Below, piece by piece: positions 39,286 through 50,669 of a stretch of DNA of 64,000 bases. The DNA comes from Mobula birostris. Taxonomy: Eukaryota. Each line of letters opens with the position of its first letter. Within the stretch, counting starts at the first letter, position 1. Where the stretch lies: NCBI RefSeq assembly GCF_030028105.1, contig NC_092380.1:83945717-84009716 (forward strand), in the 5' to 3' direction. The translations under genes were made by a program, and so were the position numbers. The notes below the pieces were generated by a model, which did not search any database, was not told the origin of the DNA, and saw only the letters and a list, made by a program, of their open reading frames with translations.

Positions 39286-40189
39286 CGCTAATTTATCAGA
39301 CAAGATATGCAGATTGAGAGACAGAGTCACCCAGAGGAGGAAAAGTTAATGTTCCGTTGGCAAAGCAGGCAAGTAAATGCACTTCAAGGGAGTACAAAGT
39401 TACATCAAGTATAGATATACAGTATTTTATTACAAGTTAAAAAATGTAAAATGAAGCTCGTGGCCCAGATTTATTCCTCTCTATAGATGCTACCTGACCT
39501 GTTGAGTTCTTCCAGTATTGTGTATGTTACTCTCGAACTCCAGCATATGCAGAATCCCTTGTGATTTTTATTGCAAGGTGTCTAAAATTATTTAGATAGA
39601 TGAACTCAGTGCTTTAACTAACACATGAAACTGTTCTTGTATTGTTGTCCTCACTAAGACATAGTTGAGAACAGGCAGGACAAGCAACTCAGTGTCATGG
39701 AACTTCAGGCAAGACTGAGGAGAATATAAAAGAGAAGGTGTCATTTTCACTGTTAGTCAGGGAATGCATTACTTCAGTATTGAGAGAGGATATCCTAGAA
39801 GGATCCTGAAATGATGAGATTAAAATAGAGATTTAGGAACAGCACATTCCTGATGGGCCGAATGGCCTAGTTCCATACTGTGTGACTCTTTGACTTTATG
39901 AACAGGCATGACAAATTTCATGATGCGCGCCGGTGATAATAAACCTCTGATTCTGATTCTGACCGGAAACATGCATGCAGAGGATAATGCATTGAACACT
40001 GAGGAAATCAATAATTCTACAAGAGCACTTAACTGTGACTTTGGAATGGCCAAAAGGTTGAAGGGCTTTATCTGAATAAGGCATCAATTAATTTTGCATC
40101 TATACCAGTTTAAGGATGAGAAAGAGACAACATTAAAAAATACATAATGCATCAGCTTTTGGCTGTATTTACTGATTGAACCAGATTGT

Positions 40190-40650
40190 CCAGAATGACA
40201 GGCTTGTTGTGTGAAGAGAGATTAGGCTGACTGGGAATGTACTCTCTTCTGTTTAAGAATGAGAGGTGATCTCATTGAAAAATACAAAATTCGTCTGAGA
40301 CTTGACAGGATGGATGTAGCTTCGATGTTTCCTCTACTTGGAATGACTAGAATCAAAGGCTACATTTTCAAAATAATCAATCAAGCATGCAAGGCAGTGA
40401 CAGAAAGAAATGTATTCATGCAGAGGGTAATGATTCTTTTGAATCTGCTTCTCCGAGAGAACTATGGAGGCTTGGTCACTGAGTATAATCAAGACAGAGA
40501 TTAATAGATACTTAGATATTAAGGGGATAAGGGATATAGAGAAAGTGCAGGGAAACAGTGCTATGGTAAAAAATCACTCATGCTTCTATTGAATGGCAGA
40601 ACAAGCACAAGGGGCAGAATGACATTGTCCTCTTTTTATTTCCAATGTTC
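40190..40650 (+). mobile_element. Old CR1 3' end
   Basis: MRGDLIEKYKI..LDRMD..MFPL..FMQRV. Confidence 0.75.
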
Positions 40651-40820
40651 TTTTGCTGAAGTTATATGTTGTTCAGTAAGACATTATCTGTGCGGTTCTT
40701 TCCTTCTGTGATTTGGTGTGAATCTTGTTTGATAAATTGGTGTACAGCCCTTCAGTGTATTTTGTGACATCACAAGTACTATGCATGAAAGTTATTGTTG
40801 TTATAATGAAGTTCTTTGGG

Positions 40821-42476
40821 GATGACCTCACAGTCACCACAGAATCAGTCCCAGGCTGCCAGAGGATTCTGCAAGGGCTCGAAAAGCTGGTGGAGTGGGC
40901 CCAGATACGTTTCAAACCTACCAAATCAAGATCAATGGTGCTGAGGAAAGGGAAGGTGGAGAACAAGTTCCGGTTCAGCATCGCAGGCACAGCCATCCCA
41001 ACCATCACAGAAAAGCCAGTCAAGAGCTTAGGCAAAGTTTTTGACAGCTCTTTAAGGGACACAACATCCATTCAGGGAACCTGCACCGAGTTGGAGGGCT
41101 GGCTGAAATCTGTGGACAAGTCTGGCCTACCTGGGAAGTTTAAAGCCTGGGTGTATCAGCATGGCATTTTTCCCAGAATCCTGTGGCCCCTCCTCGTCTA
41201 TGCAGTTCCGATCTCGACAGTCGAAACCTTAGAGAGGAGGGTTAGCAACCACCTCAGGAGATGGCTGGGGCTGCCAAAGAGCCTGAGCAACATCACACTC
41301 TATGGACACCACAACAAACTGCAACTGCCTTTCAAAGCCTTGGAGGAAGAATTCAAGGTAACAAGAGCCAGAGAAGTGCTACAGTATAGGGACTCAAGTG
41401 ACCCGAAGGTGGCTAGAGCAGGGATCCAAGTAAGTATTGGCAGGAAGTGGAGGGCAGAGGAAGCTGTTCAGGAGGCAGAGGTGAGGCTGCGTCACAGGAG
41501 GCTGGTGGGAGTGGTCACACGAGGCCGAGCTGGGCTAGGGTCATCTCCAACTCCCCAAATGGACACCAGAGGGAAGGAAAGGCGTCGTCTAGTTCAGGAG
41601 GAGGTGAGAGCAGTAGTGGAGGAGATGAGAGCCTGCAAGGCGGTAGGAATGAAGAAACAGGGAGCTTGGACAAGATGGGAGAATGCGGTTGAGAGGAAAG
41701 TGACCTGGGCTGATCTTTGGAAAGCCGAACCACACCGCATCCAATTTCTCATCCAGGCAGTGTACGATGTGCTTCCAAGCCCATCAAACCTGCACACATG
41801 GGGCAAGGCAGAGTCATCTGCGTGCCCACTGTGCTCCAAGCGAGGAACCCTGGAGCACATCCTCAGCGGCTGTGCAAGGGCACTTGGTGAGGGACGGTAC
41901 AGGTGGAGGCATGATCAGGTCCTGAAGACCATCGCTGAAGCCGTCAGCGCAGGAGTTGAGTGGGCGAAGCAGTCCCGACCCTCCAAGCAGACCATTGCCT
42001 TTGTCAGAGCTGGGGAGCAGCCAATACCTGCCAAAAGAACATCTGCAGGCATTCTGACCTCTGCAAGGGACTGGCAGCTGTTGGCAGACCTCGAAGGGCA
42101 GCTGAAGTTCCCCAACCATATCGCAGCTACCACCCTGCGACCAGACATTGTCCTAGTGTCTGAGTCTACTAAGCAAGTGGTGCTGCTGGAGCTGACAGTC
42201 CCATGGGAAGATAGCTTGGAGGAGGCCTTTGAAAGGAAGCTCTCCAAGTACGCAGGACTGGTCAGCAACTGTCAGCAGGCTGGATGGAGAGCGAGGTGTC
42301 TCCCAGTGGAGGTTGGTTGTAGGGGATTCATAGCCCGTTCTTTAGTTAGAGCCTTCAGCATTTTGGGCATTGAGGGAGAGAGGAAGAGGAGAGCCATCCG
42401 CAGTACCACCGATGCAGCAGAGAAGGCCTCAAGATGGCTGTGGCTCAAAAGAGGGGAGCCATGGAGTCATAAGTAG
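40821..42476 (+). CDS. Partial RT / CCHC zinc finger / PD-(D/E)xK restriction-like endonuclease ORF (no true start codon)
   Basis: DDLTV...FKPTKSRS...KSLGK; CPLC-x7-H-x4-C; RHDQVL; RPDIV...ELTVPWE...KLSKY; no stops over 551 codons. The first 32 aa of the tracked ORF are flank read-through. Confidence 0.85.
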   Translation, partial: DDLTVTTESVPGCQRILQGLEKLVEWAQIRFKPTKSRSMVLRKGKVENKFRFSIAGTAIPTITEKPVKSLGKVFDSSLRDTTSIQGTCTELEGWLKSVDKSGLPGKFKAWVYQHGIFPRILWPLLVYAVPISTVETLERRVSNHLRRWLGLPKSLSNITLYGHHNKLQLPFKALEEEFKVTRAREVLQYRDSSDPKVARAGIQVSIGRKWRAEEAVQEAEVRLRHRRLVGVVTRGRAGLGSSPTPQMDTRGKERRRLVQEEVRAVVEEMRACKAVGMKKQGAWTRWENAVERKVTWADLWKAEPHRIQFLIQAVYDVLPSPSNLHTWGKAESSACPLCSKRGTLEHILSGCARALGEGRYRWRHDQVLKTIAEAVSAGVEWAKQSRPSKQTIAFVRAGEQPIPAKRTSAGILTSARDWQLLADLEGQLKFPNHIAATTLRPDIVLVSESTKQVVLLELTVPWEDSLEEAFERKLSKYAGLVSNCQQAGWRARCLPVEVGCRGFIARSLVRAFSILGIEGERKRRAIRSTTDAAEKASRWLWLKRGEPWSHK

Positions 42477-42625
42477 CTAGCCATCTGGACACAAACTGGG
42501 GTCTGATCAGCCCCAGCTGGGTCACCTGGAGGAGGTTGTATGATGTTGAAAGACCCGAAACACCTGATGATTCCAGGAACATCACTGAAGATGTGTCCAG
42601 AAGCATCAATAGATGTACATACACA
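40821..42625 (+). mobile_element. 5'-truncated RLE-type non-LTR retrotransposon, HERO-clade-like
   Basis: Abrupt GC rise at 40821; open RT C-terminal half, CCHC finger and restriction-like endonuclease; about 150-bp 3' UTR ending near TACATACACA. Confidence 0.88.
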
Positions 42626-42644
42626 GGAGGACTGCATAACAGTG

Positions 42645-42800
42645 ACTCCTTCTCCCTTCCTTGCCAGTCCTGAAGAAGGATCTTGGCCTAAAGCGTCAAC
42701 TGTTTATTCTCATCCATAGATGTTGCCAGACTTGCTGAGCCCCTCTGGCACATTATGTGTACTACTACAGTTTTCCAGCATCTCCAATACCTCTTGTGCC
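42645..42800 (+). mobile_element. Penelope-like terminal-repeat fragment with degenerate hammerhead motif (42665-42702)
   Basis: CAGTC-CTGAAGA-AGGATCTTGGCCT-AAAG-CGTC-AACTG. Confidence 0.72.
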
Positions 42801-45122
42801 TGTAATAGTGAAATGTTTGAATTAGTCCATTTTTATACAAAAGTGAAATATTTGAATTAGTCCATTTTTACCATTTTATAATTGATATTTTGGCTTTTCT
42901 TTGAATGCCTATTTCACCTTAATCTTACAAAAATGTATGTTATCTAATTTAACTTTTCAATCTATCCTATTAATTAGGGAATCTAATGACTTACAACATT
43001 AGCATTCTCAGATGAATTCAACTTACAGTGATTTGGATTTGATGGAGAGATTAATTGCATGCTCTCATCATTGTTCTGCTCTTACACAGCGGCAGTCTGT
43101 ATGCTGCATTACACTGGAAAAGATATTAATAAAGGTATGCCAGTTGTAAACAGCTCTTTGCATATTCTCAAAGATATTTTTTTTCAGATAACAAGAATAA
43201 ATGTTTTGTAAGACATGAGAATGATTTCCTGCTCTATGTCAATGAAGACTCAGATGGAAACCTACCAAATTTTAAAATGGTAGAAAATGATGTAGGGTCC
43301 CTTACATACACAGTATATGCTCCTCCCACTCTGTTTTTTTATGTCCTGGCAAGATATTGTCATTGTTCAATGCCATAATTTAATTTAAATGATATAAAGT
43401 AACAATAACGAAAACTAGAAACTTTGATCACATATTTCCCTGAATCTGTTGATGTTCAAGGTCATGGTGATAATTTACATTCCAAGATTAATGATAGTGA
43501 AAATTATCTTTGTTTTATTTTAGTACTACAAGCTAAAATGAACCTTTCCAATAGCATTCCACAAAATTCCCTCTCTTAAATTATTCTTGAATATTTGTTT
43601 ACTGACACAGTGTCCTTCATTTAAAAGTTTAAGAGTTCTTAGTGGAAGGGTGAAATGCTTAGGGTGAGACTGAAGAGGCAGTTAAAATATAGAATTAGGA
43701 GTTACTAGCAGTACCTTTTATGAAGAAAATTGACTCTTTCAGGCATTATCATTGAAATAAATTAAGGTAAGGTTTAGCAAGTCTCTACACAATGTTAACA
43801 GGATCTATCACTTAATTAATCTACTGTGATCAGTCATCTTTCATACATCTGCTTTTTTCTGTCTACATGCTCTCTCCTCTACCAACGGTATGTGAATTCA
43901 GAATTAAATACCATCTTTTGCAGGACTCCTGTGTAATTCTTCAAGACAAAAGTAAGTCAAGGGGACTGCAGTATTTCTATTTCACTGAGTGGTACATCTA
44001 TCACATGCCACCAACCAGTTTTGGAAAATTAGACTTCTTGATGAACAGGTGGAGTTCTGCCACAGCAACAATGAAGCATAAATCTCCTCTTGATTGTGTG
44101 ATTTGCATTGGTGGAGTGTATCTTCTTAATTGGTCTTTAAATCCTTTGTGCAACAAACTACTATGCTGATTTCATTTTCACTTCAGAGATAAGAAGCCTG
44201 TTGTTTTCATTTGTTGCTGGCTTCTACTAGCAACGCACTGAGGTTCTGAGACCCCGGATCTCCTCAATTGTAGGTTGCCAAGCAGAGAAGGTGAATTATT
44301 ACACATTACAGTATTGGGTTGCAATGAGACCTGCAGGCGTGTGTGGGGCGCCAGAGAGCATTGGGCTCTGATGTTTTCAAAGCACATGAAGTGGTTAATT
44401 GTTGTTTAACAACAGTTTTTTATTGTTTGGAGTTTCTTGCACTTTTCTCAAGCGACTCGTTCTTTTTAATGTAGTCTCCTAGTGCTTTCTGTTTAAGCTT
44501 GTTAAGTTTATCTTGATAGGCTCAGGGATTCTGTGTTATTTGAATTATTTAAGCAGATATCCTATTAGTGCTAATTGCGGGGTCATAGTTTTGAGAATGT
44601 TACTTCTCACAGTGTCACTGGGCTGAGCCACCCATGTTCATTTGGAATTATTATGAATAAACTCTTATTACCACCTCTACATTGGAGTCTGTCTTTCCTC
44701 TGCACATGGGTTCCAATGTTGCCAGCACACATTGTGATGGAAGGGACCTGCCAAGTAACGGACCCAGCAGAGGTTAAGCAGCAACGTTTTGATATTCATT
44801 GGCTTTAGGTGAGAATACGATCTATTCTGAAGTCCATGTTCTGAGATTTTCCAGTCCATATTCTGAGGTTCTCCAGTTTCAGTTCAGTTTTTCAAATTGT
44901 AAGTACTGAGATTCCCAGCTTTGGGCTCCCATGACTCAGGTCTGCATAACAATTGAGTGCTTCAAGCAAGCTTACTGATAAAGTTCATTTGATGTAACAA
45001 ATCAGCATTCAAGTCAATAGTGCACAAGTGTCTCCTGAAACAGTAAATTGAGTTTGCAACCCTGTAGAGCCCTGCTCCAAATCTGGAGTTTGCAAACACA
45101 CAAGTAAAGTAACACTACCAAG

Positions 45123-45559
45123 AAACACACATAAAGGTTGCTGGTGAATGCAGCAGGCCAGGCAGCATCTCTAGGAAGAAGTACAGTCGACGTTTTGGGC
45201 CGAGACCCTTCGTCAGGACTAACTGAAAGAAGAGCTAGTAAGAGATTTGAAAGTGGGAGAGGGAGGGGGAGATAGGAAATGATAGAAGACAGAAGGGGGA
45301 GGGATGGAGCCAAGAGCTGTACAGTTGATTGGCAAAAGGGATATGAGAGGATCATGGGACAGGAGGCCTAGGGAGAAAGAAAAGGGGGAGGGGGGGAACC
45401 AGAGGACAGGCAGGGGGTATAGTGAGAGGGACAGAGGGAGAAAAAGGAGAGATAGAAAAAGAATGTGTGTATATAAACAAATAAATAAATAACAGATGGG
45501 GTACAAGAGGGAGGTGGGGCATTAGCGGAAGTTTGGGTAGCCTCCAACCTGATGGCATG
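45123..45559 (-). mobile_element. Penelope-like element 3' fragment with short 5' inversion
   Basis: Matches the 38240-38600 architecture on the minus strand; 45534-45559 is plus-strand GSLQPDGM-coding sequence. Confidence 0.82.
45184..45220 (-). ncRNA. Minimal type I hammerhead ribozyme motif, best-preserved copy (G12A variant)
   Basis: Minus strand AGTC-CTGACGA-A-GGGT-CTCG-GCCC-AAAA-CG-TC-GACTG: helix I AGTC/GACT, helix II, palindromic ACGT helix III, GUC cleavage triplet. GAAA is changed to AAAA. Confidence 0.72.
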
Positions 45560-47229
45560 TAATAGACCTTCAACTATCAAGAGTAAGCTTCCTTTTATGT
45601 AACCTCTTGATGAAAATCATGATACAGGCTGCAAAAATTGAACCTTCAGGGAGCAAATGAAACATATCTACAGAGAGCCAGATAGCTCAGTGAAAAGAAA
45701 TGCCTGTCTATGCTGTCTCAATCTATAAAATTGAGAGTCCAGCCTTCTGTATCCTAAATGCCTTTGGAAAATTAGTGAAGTGCAAGCCACTGTGAGAAAA
45801 ATCCTTCCAGGATCCTTTCTTAGGTTTTGAGTTCCATGTTTTCAAGGAATCAAGTTTCTGGGCTTTTTCTAGCTCTCGAAGCTTTATCACAGTCTAAGTG
45901 TGCCAGTCTAAATGCTCAAGGTCCTCAATGTTCTCAAGGATCTCAAGTCTCTCAAGGTTCTCAGTTCTCTCAAGGTCATCTGGACTGCTAAAGTAATCTA
46001 GGTTCTCAAAGTTTTTAGGACTTCCCAAAGTTTCCCAGAATTTTTCAATGTTTCTATTGTTTTTTCAATGTTTCCAAAATTTCTTCAATGTTCTTCCCAT
46101 CTTGATGATTCCCAAGTCTGTCTGCCTTTTGGCGTCCACATGTCTCTCAAGTCATCTCTGGATTTCAGATTCTCCCTGGGCTGTCTAGTACTGGCCATGG
46201 TGGTGGGGAGGATACTGCAATGAGTTCTTTGGGTCTGTGTGATAGCTCTGAGGTTTTTTAGAGTACCCGAACTGGTTAGTTGGTGTTTACCAAGAGTCAT
46301 TAATCATCTAGAGCTCCTTCTGTTTTTCTTGAGTGACTTGCTCTTTGCAAAGCAGTTCCAACGTGCTTTCTGCTTACGTTTTTTACGTTTATTTTGATAG
46401 GCTTGGAGATCCTGTGTTATGATGTTCATTTGGAATTATTATGAATAAACTAGCATTTTCATCTCTACATTTGAGTCTGTCTTTCCTCCAAACTTGGGTT
46501 CTGATATTGCCAGCACACATCGTGATACTAGGTGGTAATGTATAGGGTATCTCCTTTCCACCTCTAGTGCAAAAGATGGATCAAGAGGTCCTTTAAGCCT
46601 TTAGATGTATTTATTGTCTCTTAGGTGAATCAAATCAATCTTTCAAACCTTGTAGTATCAAATGTAACAATCTTGTAAATAATCAGTTAGTTTTGCATTC
46701 TCAGTGCGATTTCAGGAGCTTAATTTGAGTATTTAATGCAGCATAACGTATAAGCTGACGTAATTGGAAGAGAATGCTCATAGTTAAACCACAGTTGTTT
46801 CCACAGACTCAGTGTGACCAGTACATGCCCATAATTACCACACCAATACAAGCTTCTACGTTGTGAATTTAGTGGCTGGAGCTAATTGTAAACAATAATA
46901 AATAATACTGCAACTACTCAGCAGGTCAGGCAGCAAGTGTGGAGAGAACAAAAGACAGAGCCAATATATTGGATTGATTACTTCTAATCAAATAAATGAA
47001 ATGTTAGAAAGATAGTATGTTTTAAACTACAAAATAAAGGAGGTGCCTGTGCTCCGGTAATATTTGTAATAGGATAGAAACCGATTTAAGTGCTTTCATG
47101 GTGGTAGTTGCTGAGTGAGGGAGCTGGAGAATTCTTAACCACATTGTTCTTTCTGGAGAAAATATACGTAAAGGGAAATAAATGAAAAGAGAGGGAAAAA
47201 GCAAAGATTTGAAGTGTGAGATGCAGAAC

Positions 47230-47570
47230 CCAGTATTTGCTAGAAACTGAAAAAAAAATTTGCAGGTCAGATAGCATCTGTGGAGGAAGAATTACACAGG
47301 ATAATAAACTTGCATCAGAGCTAGCTAGCACTGATGCAGACTGGAAAGGCTGAAACTAATGATTTTGAACAAACGATGTTGAACTTTGAGGAAAATAGGT
47401 ACCTGGTATACAATCAAATGCCGACATTTGAGCTTATATTGGTCTTGATTGGAAGGATGGAAAATGCCAAAGACAAGAAGATTAGGGTGCAAGTCAGGTG
47501 GAGAATTAAAGGGACAGGCAACTAGAAGCTTGAATGGCATTTCCATATTTTCCATCTGGATTGGAGCAAT
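47230..47570 (-). mobile_element. Old Penelope-like fragment
   Basis: Degenerate LLVACPFNS..YKLKCRHLIV similar to the GIY-YIG C-terminus at 38085-38250; GATGCT..CTGACCTGC tail. Confidence 0.5.
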
Positions 47571-48329
47571 CCTCTTACATACATTTTCCACACATCTCTA
47601 CTGCTGTGTTAGACTATGAGGGTGCTTCTGCACGTCTTAAAGGGGAGCTCCCTGAACAATTGTGGGAAGCTAACTCGGGTGGGTCCCTTGCAGTTATTTA
47701 TTTAATAGTATTCCCATAGTCTTCAAAGTACCTACTATCACCATCCCCCAAACTTGCAGCACTTGCTATGCTCAACCCTCACCTCATCATCAATCACCTA
47801 GTTACCACCCTCTCCACACAGCAAGTACAGAGTTACTTGCACCTCGTCACTAAATTTCAGGATCTGTTCCTCGCAAAAAGCTTCCCTTCCGACTTCTAAC
47901 TTGAGACATCTTCCTCTTCTCGATACAGCCTTAGACAGGCAGTGCATTGTGGTAGCTGCAGAACCAGGAGATGGAAATTTGTTAATACTGGTTCAACAGC
48001 CAGCAGAGGGTTTGGCATACTAATGAGCAATCCAAGATTGGATGATTATATTAGCTAATATTATGAGGGACTTAATATGTATATCCATTGAAATCATTTT
48101 CTTGCATAATTTTCTTCCTTTTTATATGATTATAAATAAAATTCAGAAATGCTTTTCCCACTTAATTTCAAGAAAGCACTTGGTCTGCCAGTACACTTGT
48201 GCTATGCACTGGCAGCTTATCTGATCCGAGAATGTTGTTGCTGTTTGTTCGGGTGACTACTGAAAGCCAATCTGGACTTATTAATGGGTTGGTGCACTTC
48301 GGCGGCAGACAATTGATTCTGAAGATTAT

Positions 48330-48556
48330 CACAATGACTGATGCAGAAGGAGCTGCACATTATCCTTGTTTTGCAGGCAAAATGATTGCTGGACGATGAG
48401 GACAGAAAGAACGACTCCTTCTGTCCACAAGGTGGCAGGACGTTATCAAGGCAAGAAGCTTGGGCGCAGGTGGCCAGTGTCAGAAACATTGCCCTGAATA
48501 TATGATTTCAATGCAGTTAAGTTTGAACTGCCTCATAATATCAGCTAAGGTAAGCC
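48330..48556 (+). mobile_element. Degenerate Myb/SANT-like ORF remnant, Harbinger DNA-binding-protein type
   Basis: LLDDEDRKNDSFCPQGGRTLSRQEAWAQVAS then broken frame, ending at an AAG/GTAAGC donor; recognised by motif only. Confidence 0.35.
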
Positions 48557-48769
48557 TCCAGCTTCATGTCACTCATTAGTCTGCCTAGACTGTACCAGCT
48601 ACTGTCACAGTAATAATTACCCTTCTTTCTTCAGGTTACCTGTAATTATTATAACACACTTCCATTTCTCTTGGAATGAGCAGGTTGGCACTTGAGCGAA
48701 GATTGGAATCATAGAGTTGTATCTGCTAATATTTGTAAAGTAATTGAAATGTAGTAAATCTTGAGGGCT

Positions 48770-49070
48770 CTTGTGAGGGTGAATGTTTTTACTTGCTGCA
48801 GAAACTGGAACTAGAGATCACTGTTTAAAATAAGTCAACACACACTTAAGATAAAGATGAAACACTTGTTTTTCTCTTTCAGATGAATGTGCTTCAACAT
48901 GCTTTTCCTCAGAGGACAGTGGAAGCTAAATAGCTTTAAGGAAAAGATAGATGGATTCTGGATAAAAGGATGACAGTAAGGTTCCATTATTATCCATGAT
49001 CTCATTTGAATTTAAGAGCAGACTTGAAGGACCAAGTGATCTACTCCTGCTTCTAAATTCTATGTCTTTG
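48770..49070 (+). mobile_element. Old CR1 3' end
   Basis: CR1 3' UTR remnant GAAGGACCAAGTGATCTACTCCTGCTTCTAAATTCTATG. Confidence 0.6.
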
Positions 49071-49143
49071 TACTCATCTTCCAGTGTCCTGCATCTGTAA
49101 GTTTCCCTTACTGTCACTCCCTTTTCCTTTGCCACCTTTCTCA

Positions 49144-49810
49144 GGGCTGATTTATACTTCTGCATAGTAGCCTACGCCGTTGTGAGCATTTACACTGGTG
49201 TGACTGTGTTGCTCTGCAATTCACGGCCTAAATGCTAGTTGGCGATGGGGTTTCTATGCCACTGTGTTGAGTTTCTTCGTGTTGAAACTCAACACCAAGA
49301 AACTCAAACTTCAAACAATGGCGACTGAAGCTGAAGGAGGGTGAATTTTCTGTGCTTGTCCAGCCACTGAGAGACATGGACGAGGAAATGCATTTCAAAT
49401 ATTTTCGGATGTTGGCAGGTAGATTCCGTCGCGTCCAACCATTTATTTCGCATCAGTGTACGCACAGTGTACTCAGAGACTAGCAATCACCATTCGAGTT
49501 TTAGCTTCAGGTAGAAGTCAACAGGCTGTAGCAGCTAGCTACAAACCGGCATCAAGCACAGGGTCCTCCATAATTTCGGATGTCTGTAAAGCTTTATGGA
49601 AAGCACTGCAGTCAGAGTTCCTTCCCTGCCCTTCAGTCGCCCAATGGGAAGATATTGCAGCAATGCTACCAAGCAGACCAATCACAGTTGTTGCAGTCTG
49701 TGTCACCATGACACGTAGTTACATTTTTGGGGAGGTGCGTGTCAGGCTACACTGTAGGTATGGTGTAGGGTATGCGGCTATGCCGTACCTACGGCGTCAA
49801 TTTAACGCAC
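49144..49810 (+). mobile_element. Non-autonomous PIF/Harbinger element, right TIR lost
   Basis: Left TIR GGGCTGATTTATACTTCTG; transposase N-terminus [33 protein letters not shown]; paralog of 51306-52034. Confidence 0.82.
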
Positions 49811-49819
49811 AGGCCTTTA

Positions 49820-50345
49820 GCGTTTCAACAGCCTGGTATGGAAACACTAATGCTCTTGAAAGGAAAGCAGCATCCATCATCCGGGACCCCCACCACCCAG
49901 GACCTGTCCTCTTCTCACTGCTGGCATCAGGAGGAAGGTACAGGAACCTCAGGACTCACTCCACCAGGTTCATGAACAGTTATTACCCCCTAACCATCAG
50001 ACACTTGAACCAAAGGGGATAACTTCACTCAACCTCACTCACCCATCGTTGAAATGTTCCCACAACCTATGGACTCACTTTCAAGGACTTCATCTCATGT
50101 TCTCGATATTTATTATGTATTTATTTATTATTATTACTATTTCTTTCTTTATGGAGTGCAGTTTGTTGTCTTTTGTACACTGGTTGAAGGTCCACTTTGG
50201 TGTGTTCTTTCATTGATTCAACAGCATTATGGTTATTATTCTATTATGGATTGCGTATGCCCACAAGAAAATGAATCCGAGGGTTGTATATGTGACATTT
50301 ATGTACATTTGTAATAAATCTACTTATAACTTCAAACTTTGAACT
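49820..50345 (+). mobile_element. Rex1/Babar-like LINE 3' fragment
   Basis: [39 protein letters not shown]; tail AACTTCAAACTTTGAAC. Confidence 0.8.
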
Positions 50346-50669
50346 TCTGGAATACTGGTCCTTACTACTAAAGCTGGGTTGTTTTCTGGCCCCAAAATCT
50401 TTGCTGTATCTAATCTTCTTTGCCATTTATTGATAACTATGCAATGGCATAGACTCTTAGGATGAAGCAGAGGTAAATCATTTGCTTGGCATTTCATGCT
50501 AAATGTGGGGATGAAAGCTTTAACCATATGTTGGGTTCTGCCAATGCACATTATGGATCTTAATTATACAGTCTAATCTAACAGCACCAAAAATCATTCC
50601 ACAGTGAAAGTCACTTAGATCACATTTCTTCCTCATTCTGATGTTTGGACTGAACAACAATTGAACCTC

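Larger units (their letters stand above)
44320..46527 (+). mobile_element. Decayed non-autonomous Gypsy-like LTR element (LTRs about 44320-44739 and 46216-46527)
   Basis: Two diverged direct repeats begin TGCAATGAG and share ATGTTCATTTGGAATTATTATGAATAAACT...GCCAGCACACAT.GTGAT. A (M)DPAE-like gag start follows the first and a PPT-like GGGGAGGATAC precedes the second. Confidence 0.7.

Noticed and set aside
40725-40820. N-terminus of the 583-aa ORF
   Set aside because: AT-rich flank in frame by chance; RT similarity begins at the DD motif.
42557-42570. GAAACACCTGATGA in the RLE element 3' UTR as a hammerhead
   Set aside because: Only 3 nt separate GAAA and CTGATGA, leaving no room for helix III, the cleavage site and helix I.
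49456-50022. 188-aa ORF as a HARBI1-like host gene
   Set aside because: Chance read-through from a Harbinger fragment into a Rex fragment; no DDE domain.
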